DNA of 64,000 nucleotides from Paraphysomonas bandaiensis (taxonomy: Eukaryota; Protista; Chrysophyceae). The notes below the pieces were generated by a model that was given only the letters and a program-made list of their open reading frames with translations, was not told the origin of the DNA and did no database searches. Made by a program: the position numbers and the translations under genes. The stretch spans positions 1 through 64,000 of the forward strand of contig CBFFRP010000153.1 of assembly GCA_965644295.1 (NCBI GenBank), written 5' to 3'. Positions within the stretch are counted from its first letter, which is position 1; every line of letters begins with the position of its first letter. This document shows, in pieces, positions 9,704 through 21,856 of this stretch.

Positions 9704-12700
9704 CTGGCGCCGACATGAACACACCCTTGCATCCACACTCCGCCATTCCCGATCACCACCAGCTCGGCCTACGAAACCTATGCAAAACAAAGGTTACCTC
9801 CGCCACAGCTAAAAAGATCCAAGACGCTCTACGACAGCAGATCACAATAAGCGAGTTCCACTCCACTCTGGACGGGATGATGGCCAAGGATAAAGCGCCC
9901 GGACCATCCATGGTCACCACCAACATGATAAAGAAATGGACCCCTGAAATAAAGATTGAAGTTTTAGGCCTCCTCCAAACCCTCTGGACCCATCGCCATG
10001 TGCCACGCTGGTGGAGAGACAGAGTCATGACGCCACTTCTTAAAAAACCAGGACACACGTCTCTAAAGAACCTCCGACCGATAGGGCTCCTAGAGGTTTT
10101 GCGCAAACTAATGACCTGTATCATCACCCACCGGCTCCTCCACATATGGGAAGAAGATGAAGTCCTACACCCTGCGCAACACGGCTATCGATGGCGACAC
10201 GGCACGGACACGGCCATTCTACGAGTCCTCGCGGCCACGGAACTGGCCAAACTTACCGGGCATGTGAAACTCTGCACCTTCTGGGACTTTCAAAAGGCCT
10301 TCGACTCCATCGCACCCAATCTTCTCAAATTAGCATGGGCAAGACTTGGTGTCCCCGATGACACGATCAAATGGCTAAGCGACCTCGACGATGGGGGTCG
10401 CACCTTCATCTGGACCCCACACATGGCCGACAACATCGATCCCCGATCACTCGAAGAACTGCTTGGCTCAGATGGCTCCTTTATCCAGCACCCTGACATG
10501 GGATTCTCCGCGGAGAGAGGGGTCACACAAGGTGGAACTGAATCCACAGTTGCATGGATCGTCATCTTTGACATGATCCTATGCTGGTCTGACCTACATG
10601 ATGATAGCCAAGATGAGGCGTACGCAGATGACCTCTCCCAAATCACAACTTCCATTGAGGCCACTCAGCTCAAGGCCGACAAACTCTCATCCTTCTGCGC
10701 CTTCTCCGGAATGCAACTAAACATCCCCAAAACTGAATGCATTGCCCTGGGAGCCCCATTTGCGGTGACGGCCATGTTAGAATCAAACCCACACATCATC
10801 ATAAGAGACTGGAACTGGTGCCCACACCCCATCCCCATCCGAACAACCACCAATTCCACCAAGTATCTCGGCGTACAACTTCCATTCTCAGTAAAGGACA
10901 CCGACTCCCACAGCTGGTGCACCACCTACATAGCCACATCCACGGCAGTTCTACGATCCAAATGCGCGACACCTGACTGCAAGCTACTCGTCCTCAACAC
11001 ACAAATACTCCCGACCCTACTATACAAGGCCACCAAAGCATCCTGGACATACGCTAAATACATCGCCATAGACAAACTACTCGCGCAGGCCGCTAGGAAA
11101 ATACTCCGTCTCCCCCCTGGATATCCCACGGATCTTATCTACCTTCCCCCGAAATACAAAGGGCTTGGCCTGCGCAAATTTTCAACCCACGCCCAGACTC
11201 AGAAATGGCATACTCTTCAACGAGCTCTCACACTCGGAGGACAGCCCAAGAGTGCGGCCATATCGCTCTTGCAACGCTACGAGCACCCCCCCCAGGACGT
11301 TGACACGTACATCACCAGTCTGGTACAATGGGGGCAACAACTAGGCATCAGAATACAACCTCCCTCCCCAGCTACGCCACAATTCCGAGCTACCATTGAC
11401 AAAGTCCAATCACAGCTACAACTGTACAATGATCACAAATATGCTTACAAAGCCATCTTCACGGATGGATCCTTCACACGCACACACCTCACCCCTGCTC
11501 ACCTACTCGGCAACACCCACACACAGCCCAATTCTCACGACGGAGGAGCTGCGATTGTATGGCTCCCGCCCAAGAACACCTGGGGCCACAGACAAACCAA
11601 AATCCTACAACTTACGGCACCACAGCACACAGCGCCTGGCCTCAACGCATACACCTACGAAACCCTTGCAATGTCAGCAGCACTGACATTCTCCAATGTA
11701 CTCCACTCTTCCGTGCCAATCTGGACTGACTGCCAGGCGGTACAGACGCGGACCAAAGAGGCCCTCTCACACAGACGGCGCGCCCTCGGAACAAAGCCCC
11801 AGGGAATATTTTACGAATGCCTCGCCACCACAGCTCTTAAACAGCGCCCAATTCAATGGACGCGCTCGCACCCCGAACGTAGAACACAAGATCAAAGCAA
11901 CTGGACCTACACTGACCACGGCATTTATATAGCTGACGCCGCCGCCAGCGGCGACTGGAAGACACTAGACAAAGTGCTCGGAGCCTCCAACTACAGTGTT
12001 GTCACAACAGACGCTACGCACATACTGGAAGAATTCTTCACCACGGGTCAATGGCACTGGCGTAGATACGATACACACCTCCTCACAGACCTCGGTCCTA
12101 TGCTAGGAGACGTTACAGATCTCCACCACCAGTGGGACCTCCATCAATACACCCTCCGACGAGATAGCATGTATGCTGCACAAACGCAACGAGACCCGCA
12201 GTATTGGACACGCAGCGGAACAAGGCTCCCACACAAGCTCCATCCCCTCCGTACCCATAACTCCTCCAAACACTACATCCCCCTCGCAGAGCGTATACGC
12301 GAGACGGCATACGTATGGGACAAATCCTTTGCAATGGGTAGAAACCGAGCCAAAGGAAAATCCGGACACGATCGCACAACGGCTTCCACATGCGCAGACT
12401 GTGCACACCCCACAGACAACATGGCGCACATGCTTCTCACCTGCACTCACCCTGACATCATTCACATACGTGAAGATGTCCACCAAGCACACCACAATAA
12501 GCTTGACAAACTTCGCACGCGCACGCTCCCCCATCCCTGGTTTTACACCGCCATAACCAAACTAGCCAAAGCCGCATGGAACCCAGCCACCCCCCAGGTT
12601 GAGCGCTACTGGACCGGCCACATTACTGCCACACAAATGGCCGACGCATTCGGACGCCACATATCCAGCTCACTGCTCGAACATCAATTCCACGCCCTAG

Positions 12701-13279
12701 AAAAATCCATCGCCTCTATCCTACTCCCCCTATATGATGGAGGGCTCCGCATGCTTCGCAATAGGGGACACAGACACCACAACGTAGACACGGCACCGGC
12801 GACACCGGTCCCGACACACGCAAAGCCCCGCCAGCCCCAGGATACCCACCCGACACCAAAAGTACTCCAGCTACTCCAGGCGACATCCACCCCACGAACT
12901 ACACTCTCTGCAAGAGCCCAGACCCGACAGAGGCAAGCGCAACCACTCCGGAAACAACTTCTCCTTACTTGTAGCCGAAACCCCACCTCAACAACCAGCA
13001 CCATCTCCACCACCGACTTGCACTCTCATATACAACTCGCCTCACCCACCCCCCACATAATCCATGGCACAGGCCCGCCAGACACATTGCCCAAAGGTAG
13101 ACCCCCCGACTAACCTCACTACAAGGGACGGTTGCACCATGGTGCTCGCAGCGATGCACAAGCAGTCCCGAGACGGTTGCCCGCCACTAGTAGTATATAG
13201 CAAATCTAGTTATTAGCTAGTCTATAGACATAAACTAGTTTCTGTACGCAACCGTACTCATGTAATAATCAGACTTTCA
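9704..13279 (+). mobile_element. LINE 3' segment: RT, RNase H, Cys/His finger (ORF ends 13113) and 3' UTR
   Basis: RT: KAPGPS, LRPIGLL, QHGYR, DFQKAFDS, GVTQG, YADD, YLGV. RNase H: FTDGS, E, WTDCQ, WTRSHPE, IADAAA. Finger: CADC...H...C. Removing the LTR element and one TSD rejoins the frame (...ELAAG-ADMNTP). The 3' end is placed at TAATAATCAGACTTTCA, which is shared with the SINE-like repeat. Confidence 0.93.
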
Positions 13280-13331
13280 TATAGATTTATATATAATTTC
13301 TCCGCTACATAAATCAATCTTATCAGATCTT

Positions 13332-13809
13332 CCCTCAATAGTGTCGGACGAGCACCTTTTCGTGGTGTTCTTAAGAGGGGTAAGTACCGGAGATATTTAT
13401 TCGGAAAGCTAACGTGAGCCGCAAACATAAGGACAGCAGATAACGTTATGCCCACTCATAGCAGAATGCTTGTGCGATACAAGGGACACTTATATCAGCG
13501 TCACTTCTGTAGGCGTCTTTGGAACTGTGACGAATAAACAGGCATCCGGGAATGGGCCCACCTCAAGGGCTACCTGCTGAAGTCAAGCATCCGGGCTGTT
13601 CACCTTAAGGACTCAAAACTCAAAACCCTGAAGTTAGCGGATGTCAGGTATATCAATGCTCACTGCGTTTGATTTGTGGTTGCACCTTGTACCTTGGTGC
13701 TTGAGGTGACACAAAGTAGCTTTCGTAGAGTTAAGCGTTAAATATAGTAGGATATCAGAGTTATGCATTGATTTTTAAACGCTTATTGCTAATAATAAGA
13801 CATTTACTA
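13332..13809 (+). mobile_element. SINE-like element, full-length copy with 13-bp TSD
   Basis: CTTATCAGATCTT at 13319-13331 and 13810-13822. Homologous to the other copies. The 3' part matches the LINE 3' UTR. Confidence 0.85.
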
Positions 13810-14212
13810 CTTATCAGATCTTAGGTAGACATCACATGAACTTATATCTTATACAATGAATAATGAATACATTTCAGTTTAGCTACTTCATAGCACATGA
13901 ACTGCGTTTAGTATTTAGTACTGTCTGTAAGTGCCGTATTATAGTTGAGTGTTAAGTGACGGCTATTGTTAAAGACTTCAGATATACACTACTAGTAGCA
14001 CAGCCTCTAATGAAAAAAATTGCAAATAACATTAGAAGTCATTATTAGCCAGAAAAATTTAAACCGTGAAGAAGCAGCATGTACTCAAACCCACCACAAA
14101 AAGAAAATCAGACCATGATGATTTAAAACACAACTGCTACATATTATTCAAAGTCAGGTTTATCAACAACGCCAAAAAAAACGTTGAACACCTATATAGA
14201 CGGGTCAACAAT

Positions 14213-15581
14213 TTAGGACCTGCCCTTAACTTTCTTCAAGTCCTCTTCGGTCACAGAGTAGGCGCTGCCTCCGTGGTACCCGACAAACACCTTCGCCGCA
14301 ATCTCGACCTGGGCATCCTCTGGCACTAACTCAGGAGGGATAGGAACACGTTCGACGATTTTAATTCCTGATTTGACAATAGCATCGTACTTCATGTCTG
14401 ACATGGAGATAAACCTGTCGATCTTTGTGATACCCAGCCAGTGGAGAGCATCAGGCATCATTGCCTGAAATCGAGTGTCGGTGATACCAGCCACACGGTG
14501 AGTGCAGTTGAAGTACTCGGAGGCAAGATCACCACCTTCGGCACGCTTACGCATATTGTATACCAGGTACTTGGTCACTTCTCCAAGAGCCCTCCCCTCC
14601 TTTCGGTAGTATACGACGACACCATTCCCACCCTCCTGGGCACCCTTGACGCACTCCTCGATGGCATGCGCCAGGTAAGGGCGGCAGGTGCAGATATCTG
14701 ACCCAAAAACATCTGACCCGTTGCACTCGTCGTGCACACGGACAGTGAGAGGTACGTTCTCATCTGGAATAGTGGTGGGATCACCCCACATGTATACTGT
14801 GAGGCCACCAATAGGAGGCAGGAAGAGTTTAATGTCAGTGCGCGTTAGGAGTTCAGGGTACATCATATTGGTCTCCTTGAAGAGGGCCTGGCGAAGAGTG
14901 GCCTCGGAACAGCCAAATCGCTCAGCGACCCCGGGAAGGTACCACACAGACTCAATGGCTGCCTTCGTGACCAGGGTCTGTCCACTGGGAAGCAGAATTT
15001 TGCCATCAGGGACAAGACGACCTGAGCGAATAGCTTCCTTGACTTCAGGGAAGTCAATATGCGCTTTGGTAACAGCAATAGTCGGCCGAATATCGTAACC
15101 CTTCGCGTAATATTCTTGGAAGGCCGATGTCACACAGCCACCCCAAGGGTCGATAGTGACTATGGCTTTTGGGTCTTTCCAAGAAGGAAAAGGACCAATG
15201 TCAAAAACAGGAGAAGTTTGGGACAGATTGGGGACGTGTGACGGATTCAATTCACCGGCAGCAACAGCAAGAGCGGTATAAATGCAATACCCACCACTGT
15301 GGGCGCCAATGGCATTTCTCTGTCCTCCATGCTTGACAGTAGCAATAACTGGGCCTCTCTCCTCAGGTGTAGCGGCTCCCCAGTTCATTTTAATGGGCTT
15401 AGATCCAAAATGACCAGTATGAGTGGTGATATTGATGTACTCAAGGTTCTCTCTCTCGGGTTCCTCAATTTCATTGGTGTCGTTTTTTGACGCCTCGGGC
15501 GCAGCATCAGCTGCATATGAGATTAATTATACGCACTACTGTATATGAGTTGCTCTTACCCTTCCTCTTCCTTCCTGGCAT
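14213..15581 (-). CDS. GTP cyclohydrolase II-like protein of the URC1/Urg1 type (GTP_CH_N + GTP cyclohydrolase II domain)
   Basis: RNAIGAHSGGY, IRPTIAVTKAH, RVHDECNGSDVFGSDICTCRPYL, RKEGRALGEVTK. Predicted exon 1 is 15581-15560, with a 49-nt GT-AG intron (15559-15511) joining it in frame to ORF 14213..15388. Confidence 0.9.
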
Positions 15582-16048
15582 ACTTCAATATTACGTTATG
15601 TATAGTACTACTGGCTCAAAATGACAGAAAGCAAATAGTGTGCAGTGGTTGCTGTGGAAAGAAGGAACTCTGCAGCATCTAACACAATCAGTCGCTCATT
15701 ACCAGCACATATGTCACATGCCTGCTGCTGGTGATGATAGATATGGAAATGTGTGGCGGCAAATCTCATAAATTCATATACACACAGCAACATATTTACG
15801 ACAAATACGGTCATATTCTAGAAAGGGATACACAGGCTTGGAATGTGTTTTTTTTCGCAGGGGAGTACGCCGTATACGTACTCTGACATACAACATCTAG
15901 ACATGTCCATATGAATAAAATCGCATCACAGGAAGTGAAGTGCGTCGAATTGAGCTGACCCCTGCACCAATCACAGTCAGCGGAAGGCAGTGATACGATT
16001 AATAGATAGGAACTATTGCTGATAATCTGATCTGATATCAAGACCATC

Positions 16049-17875
16049 ATGAGTGCTGCTGAGGTAAGACCTGTGGTTTAATCGATCAGCCGTATGGATT
16101 AATTATGTTTCAATGTATCCTTTAATACGCACTGCAGTTCAAAGCCCAAGGAAATGCACACCTGCAGAAGAAAGAGTATGATGAGGCCATAGCTGCGTAC
16201 ACGAAGGCGATCGAGGTGGACTCTAGCGATCATGTGTTTTTCTCCAATAGATCTGCAGCCTATTTGAGTAAAGGTGATGGCGCCAACGCCCTCACTGATG
16301 CGGAGCAATGCATTCAGCTGAACTCTCAGTGGGCAAAGGGCTATTCGAGGAAAGGAGCAGCTCTTCACTCTCTTAAGCGTTACGATGAGGCTGTAGCTGC
16401 CTATGAGGCGGGATTAGCAATAGCTCCTGCTGATGCTGGGCTTCAGAGTGGTTTGGCAGAGGTCAAGAAAGCGCAGAGTGCACCACCCTCTGGTGGCTTT
16501 CTTCCCCCCCAACTTCTCACAAAGCTCGCATCACACCCCAAGTATGGTCCCAAGCTCGCGGATCCTGCGTTTATGGCGAAGCTTCAAATGCTTCAGACAA
16601 ACCCTCAAGCAATGCTTCAGGACCCTGAGATTATGGAGATATTTGGATTGCTCATGGGGGAAGGTGAAGGCCCAATGGAGACCGATAGTCCTGCATCGAA
16701 CCCCGCACCAGCCCCAAAAGAAGAGAAAAAGGACACCCCTCCTTCTCCTCCCCAGACGGAGGAAGAGAAGCGTGCCCAGGCCGCGAAAGATGCCGCCAAA
16801 GCAGCAAAGGAAAGAGGAAACGCCCTCTACAAACAAAAACAATTCGTTGAGGCCTTGGCAGCCTATGATGAAGCTTCTTCACTTGACCCCAAATGCATAA
16901 CTTACCTCAGCAATAAAGCTGCTGTCTATATTGAGATGGGCGACCTAGACCGCGCCATCGAACAGTGTCAGGAGGGCATCGAGTATGGCCGCTCTCAACG
17001 AGCTCCTTACGAAGATATTGCGAAAATGTATCAGCGCATGGCTGCAGCTTATCTGAAAAAGGATGACTTCCCCACGGCGAAGGAGTGCTACGCCAAAGCG
17101 CAAATGGTAAGTTATATGGCTTAGTAATTTTAAAGCTTACGCTTGATCGCTGATGTAAGCGTGTGTGAGGGCACTTTTCATAAAGTGATAGAGTTTTAAG
17201 CACTGCAATAATATATTAATGCAGGAGCACTTTGACAAGGCTGTGGAGCGAAAGGTCAAGAACCTTGAGCTTGAGTACAAGAAAAAGCAGATGCAAGCGT
17301 ACATTAATCCCGAGCTGGCTCTTGAAGCTAAGGAGAGAGGCAACACCGCCTTTCGTGCAAACGATTTTCCAACCGCCATAGCGGAGTACGAAGAGGCTGT
17401 GAAACGAGACCCATCTAATGCTTCATATTGCAACAACCTTGCCGCAGCATTACTTAAAATGGGCGACTTCAATGGTGCTAAAAGACAAGTGGAGAAATCT
17501 CTGGAGCTGGATCGCACATATGTAAAAGCCTGGGCTAAGAAGGGCGACATCGAATTTTTCATGAAAGAGTACCACAAGGCTCTAGACAGCTACAAGGCTG
17601 GTTTGCAAATTGAACCTGATAATACCCTCTGTAAGCAAGGATTAAACAAGACCATGCAACAGATCAACTCTTCTCACGGTGTAGACGACAAGGAGCGAGC
17701 CGCGCATGCCATGGCTGATCCTGAAATTCAGTTTATTCTGCAGGATCCTATGGTAAGACAAACCCTTCAAGACCTACAGGAGAACCCACAAGCTGCCCAG
17801 AGAGCGCTTAATGATCCTGTGATGCGTTCGAAGATTGATAAACTTGTTGCTTCTGGTATTCTTCAAGTCCGTTAG
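16049..17875 (+). CDS. STI1: Hsp70-Hsp90 organizing protein STI1/HOP (TPR1-DP1-TPR2A-TPR2B-DP2)
   Basis: Exons 16049-16063, 16138-17106 and 17225-17875 with GT-AG introns in frame. FSNRSAAY, KGYSRKG, YINPELALEAKERGN, AMADPEIQ, C-terminal LVASGILQVR. Confidence 0.95.
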
Positions 17876-17893
17876 GTGATATCGTTAGAATCA

Positions 17894-18169
17894 ACAAGTA
17901 TGTGTTCTACAGTGGAGGAGTGCAGTCACTATTTACCAGTTTTTGCAGTTTGTAGTTTTATTCTCGATTATACTTCATGTAAATGGGTAGATATATCGTA
18001 ATAAGTACTGATATTGTGGAGCAGTATGTATTCCTATTGGCTTGAGCTGAAGTGTATGTATGTGTTGGGTGTTAGACAACTGAAGTGTACTTATGTTATT
18101 GTGTTAGAATTGGACATTACACTGATGAATGTTCAGCAGGTATATAGTCAGCAGATATTGTTTTGCCCA
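17894..18169 (+). repeat. 276-bp direct duplication, left copy (flanks the hAT element)
   Basis: Identical by eye to 20590-20865. Confidence 0.92.
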
Positions 18170-20591
18170 GGGCCTGGTAACCATTAATGGTAATGGCATT
18201 AATGGCCATTAATGGGCCATTAATGGTAATGCCATTATAATTGCCGGGACATTTTTCATTAATGCCATTATAATTGCCGGTAACTGGACTACCATTAATG
18301 GGCCATTAATGGTATCCCATTAATGATCTGTACTGTTATATATAGAACTGAGTGTTTTCAAGATAATAGAATATAGTATCTCCTCTATACTCCGAAGAAA
18401 CTCTAAGCAATATTAGACAACAATGTTCATGCAACTCTACAGGCACTTTGTGGCAACTTTGTTCACCATCTTCTCAATGTGGAGAATAGTTTCCTGAGCA
18501 AGCAATATCTATATATAGCGACGTAGGAATTCCTACTCATATACCCCAAAAACTCTAAAATAAGCATTGAAAATATGCATATTTTACCTAGACATTCATA
18601 AAAATACTATTTTCCCCCAAAGTTAAAAGAAGCTACAGCAGTACACAACTAAGCAAAGTAATATTTTACTCTGTATTTATACCATACAGTATATATATCC
18701 ATATTAAGCAACGATGATGGCCGAAAAAATTGATGGCAGTGTAATTTACAGAGTCTTCTTTCGAGTGGATTCAGATAATCCTCTGTATCATATTTGTTCT
18801 TTGTGCAATGATCGCCTTAAACAGGATATAAAGCGAGGTTACACTAGTTGTGTTAATCATATAACCAAGAGCACCAAACATGCGGATTTTTCTTGGCGAG
18901 AGGAACTCGAGAGAATTTTGGGATGTGAAAGACTTCACGGGGGCGATATATTGTCTTTTGTAAGAAAGAAAGTATCTCCTGCTGCAAGGAACTTATTTCG
19001 GTGGCTGCAATGGATAGTTATGAACGACGAACCATTTTCTATCGTGGAGAATAAGTATATTCGGATGAACACCAATTTAGCACCCATCTCAGTTACGACG
19101 GTGATGAAATATTTACAACGCACACATATACTCGTGGAAAGGAAGTTGAGTATTATGTTACCAGATAAATTTGGTCTAGTTTTTGATGGGTGGACATGCG
19201 ATGGCATGTCAGATCATTATATTGCAATATTCGCAATGTGGTCCAAGGAAAATAAAGCTGGGGTTACTCGAGTGTTACTATGCTGCGGACCTCAAGAGCA
19301 ACCGGACGAAAACGATTTACCTGGTATTGAATTTACTGCGGCAGATATCGGAGATCATATCATTAATCAACTGCGAGTATTCAATAAAACTCTTGCCAAT
19401 GTCGATTGTCTTGTGTGTGATAACTGTTCAGTAAATCGCAAACTGGCTGAATTAATGGAGAAGCCAATGGTTGGTTGCTACTCACATCGACTGAATTTGG
19501 CAATTGCAAATATTTTCTGCAACCAGACAGGCCTCACTACCATTATTGAAAGAATCGATTCATTGATGAAGGATCTAAGGACGCTGAAGAATGCAAGTTT
19601 GCTTGCGCAGAAGACAAACATAAAGCCGGAAAGAAGAAATGTAACTCGGTGGTCTTCAACATACAACATGCTGGTTAAATACGTAAAACTGCATCCTTTT
19701 CTTGGTGAATGTAATTTCCCGAGCACCCTGGAAGATAAGATTCTTACTCCAGCTAAATTTCGAGATCTGAAACAATATTTGACGCAACTTGAAAAGTTAC
19801 AGAGTGTTACGCTGGCCTTACAAAGAGATGGAACCAATTTGTACCAAGCCCGCCAGTTATTTGATATGCTGCTACAAGAATTTCCAGAGCTGCATCCATA
19901 CCTTTCCCCAAATGCAAGCATTGTTGCCAGTGCCAATTTTGAGAAGGCAGTGGCTAAAATTCAAGGGAACGATGAAAGAGAGTTGACAGGCAATGAGAGA
20001 AGAGCAGTTCGACATTTGCAACTGGATATATCCATGGAGGTTGGTGTACCCGACAGAAATAACGAGGACGAGAGTGAAGGAACTGATTTTGCACAGCGTG
20101 TTCTGGACAGCGCCGAGGTCACCAAGAGAGCTCGACTTGGTACCTATGAGTCCAACTACCGCTGCTTGCTTCATATCGAAGCACAATCTAATGTTGTTGA
20201 GAGGCTCTTTAGTCGTGCAAAGTTAATTATGACGCCTGAGCGTAGAAACATGAATCCATATCGTCTAGAATCGTTGCTATTCCTACGAGCCAATTACATG
20301 TTGTGGGATGTTTATACCATCCATGAAACCCTGCAAGAAGATCCTGATGTGCCAGTAGAGAGCAGCGAGAAGTAGTTAAAATTGCAGTCTGCTAGTTAAC
20401 TAAAAATTAGTAATTAAGGGATCACAGCACTATCTATTATATGAGTGGTGCTATCTACTTTAAGTTAGTAGGTATTAAAGACCATTAATGGGCCATTAAT
20501 GGCCATTAATGGCCATTATAATTGCCGGGACATTTTTCATTAATGCCATTATAATTGCCGGGAACTGGACTACCATTAATGGGCCAGTTAC
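18168..20591 (+). mobile_element. hAT DNA transposon: left TIR CAGGGCCTGGTAACC, CCATTAATGG subterminal arrays, right TIR incomplete
   Basis: CAGGG start, arrays of palindromic CCATTAATGG at both ends, and an internal transposase ORF. Confidence 0.88.
18714..20375 (+). CDS. hAT transposase (BED finger, DDE, dimerization region), apparently intact
   Basis: CSLC...H-x4-H finger, FDGWT, CDNCSVN, CYSHRLNL, TRWSS, SNVVERLFS, LESLLFL. Confidence 0.93.
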   Translation: MMAEKIDGSVIYRVFFRVDSDNPLYHICSLCNDRLKQDIKRGYTSCVNHITKSTKHADFSWREELERILGCERLHGGDILSFVRKKVSPAARNLFRWLQWIVMNDEPFSIVENKYIRMNTNLAPISVTTVMKYLQRTHILVERKLSIMLPDKFGLVFDGWTCDGMSDHYIAIFAMWSKENKAGVTRVLLCCGPQEQPDENDLPGIEFTAADIGDHIINQLRVFNKTLANVDCLVCDNCSVNRKLAELMEKPMVGCYSHRLNLAIANIFCNQTGLTTIIERIDSLMKDLRTLKNASLLAQKTNIKPERRNVTRWSSTYNMLVKYVKLHPFLGECNFPSTLEDKILTPAKFRDLKQYLTQLEKLQSVTLALQRDGTNLYQARQLFDMLLQEFPELHPYLSPNASIVASANFEKAVAKIQGNDERELTGNERRAVRHLQLDISMEVGVPDRNNEDESEGTDFAQRVLDSAEVTKRARLGTYESNYRCLLHIEAQSNVVERLFSRAKLIMTPERRNMNPYRLESLLFLRANYMLWDVYTIHETLQEDPDVPVESSEK

Positions 20592-20865
20592 AAGTATGTG
20601 TTCTACAGTGGAGGAGTGCAGTCACTATTTACCAGTTTTTGCAGTTTGTAGTTTTATTCTCGATTATACTTCATGTAAATGGGTAGATATATCGTAATAA
20701 GTACTGATATTGTGGAGCAGTATGTATTCCTATTGGCTTGAGCTGAAGTGTATGTATGTGTTGGGTGTTAGACAACTGAAGTGTACTTATGTTATTGTGT
20801 TAGAATTGGACATTACACTGATGAATGTTCAGCAGGTATATAGTCAGCAGATATTGTTTTGCCCA
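20590..20865 (+). repeat. 276-bp direct duplication, right copy
   Basis: Identical by eye to 17894-18169. Confidence 0.92.
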
Positions 20866-21569
20866 CTCATAAATCATAGCCAAGTGCTTGGGTGGTACAA
20901 GGGACACTAATATAAGTGTCACTTGTGTAGACATCTTTCGGCCTTGACGAATAAACTGGCATCCGGGAATGGGCCCACCTCAAGGGCATCCGGGGTATTG
21001 AGTTGCCTCCTGAAGTCAATGTTGACTTCTGCAATATGATGTGATATATATTGTGCAATTGAAGTGAGTTAACAGTGTGCAATAGATAAAGTCAACTCAT
21101 AGGTGTAGCGGGTGATTATAGTTACAAAGAAATTAAATTCAGTTACTCATGTGTGACTATACAAGATATAGAACTGACTGATGAACATATGATAAACAGA
21201 TGTTGCTGGGAACAGATGTTTCAACATATGTTACACGAATATGTAGTGAAGTGTTCAGAATAATAATTATAATTTTCTTACTTGAAAGTGCATTGTGTTC
21301 AACATAGCAAGGTTACGGTTTACGTGTAGAGCAAAGTTAACTTCAGTGAAATGTCCAATGTTAACAGTCAAGAATCCAGGCTAGTTCACCTTAAAGATAA
21401 TTGATAGTGAGCGGAAGTGGTTGCACCTTTGTGCTTGCGGTGACACACAAATCAGCTTTCGTCGCGCCAAATAGTAGGATATCAGAGATACGCACTGGTT
21501 AGCTAAATAGTGTTGCTACATTAGTTCTGCCTCTTTAACGCTTATTGCTAATAATCAGACATTCACTAT
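20840..21569 (+). mobile_element. 5'-truncated SINE-like copy interrupted by a solo LTR
   Basis: GCAGATATTGTTTTGCCCACTCAT...GGCATCCGGGAATGGGCCCACC...GTCAA, resuming at GTCAAGAATCC...GGTTGCACC...TAATAATCAGACATTCAC. Confidence 0.8.
21020..21366. mobile_element. Solo LTR (347 bp) with 5-bp TSD GTCAA
   Basis: TGTTGAC...GTTAACA termini. GTCAA at 21015-21019 and 21367-21371. It splits the SINE-like copy exactly. Confidence 0.75.
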
Positions 21570-21856
21570 TTCTGATATAAGTCGTCATTACTACTTTTAT
21601 AGCAGACGAGGAACAATAAAAAAATTGGAGCAGTGTAGGCTACTACAATTGTCGGAAACTATCACAGTACAAAAAGTGCAATTGTGTCGATAAAATATAA
21701 TGTGTATTACCACAACACACGGGTGGTTACAAATAAATGTAGAGTCACTCATAATAATGATGCAAGCAAAACGCACTATTCAATGTAATCCATAGCAAAA
21801 AAGGTGACATGTCATTAATATATTCTACGTGTTCATGATACCTACTACGACATAGC

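Noticed and set aside
20509-20910. ORFs 20509..20697 and 20710..20910
   Set aside because: They fall in hAT subterminal repeats and the duplicated 3' flank of STI1, with no coding signature.
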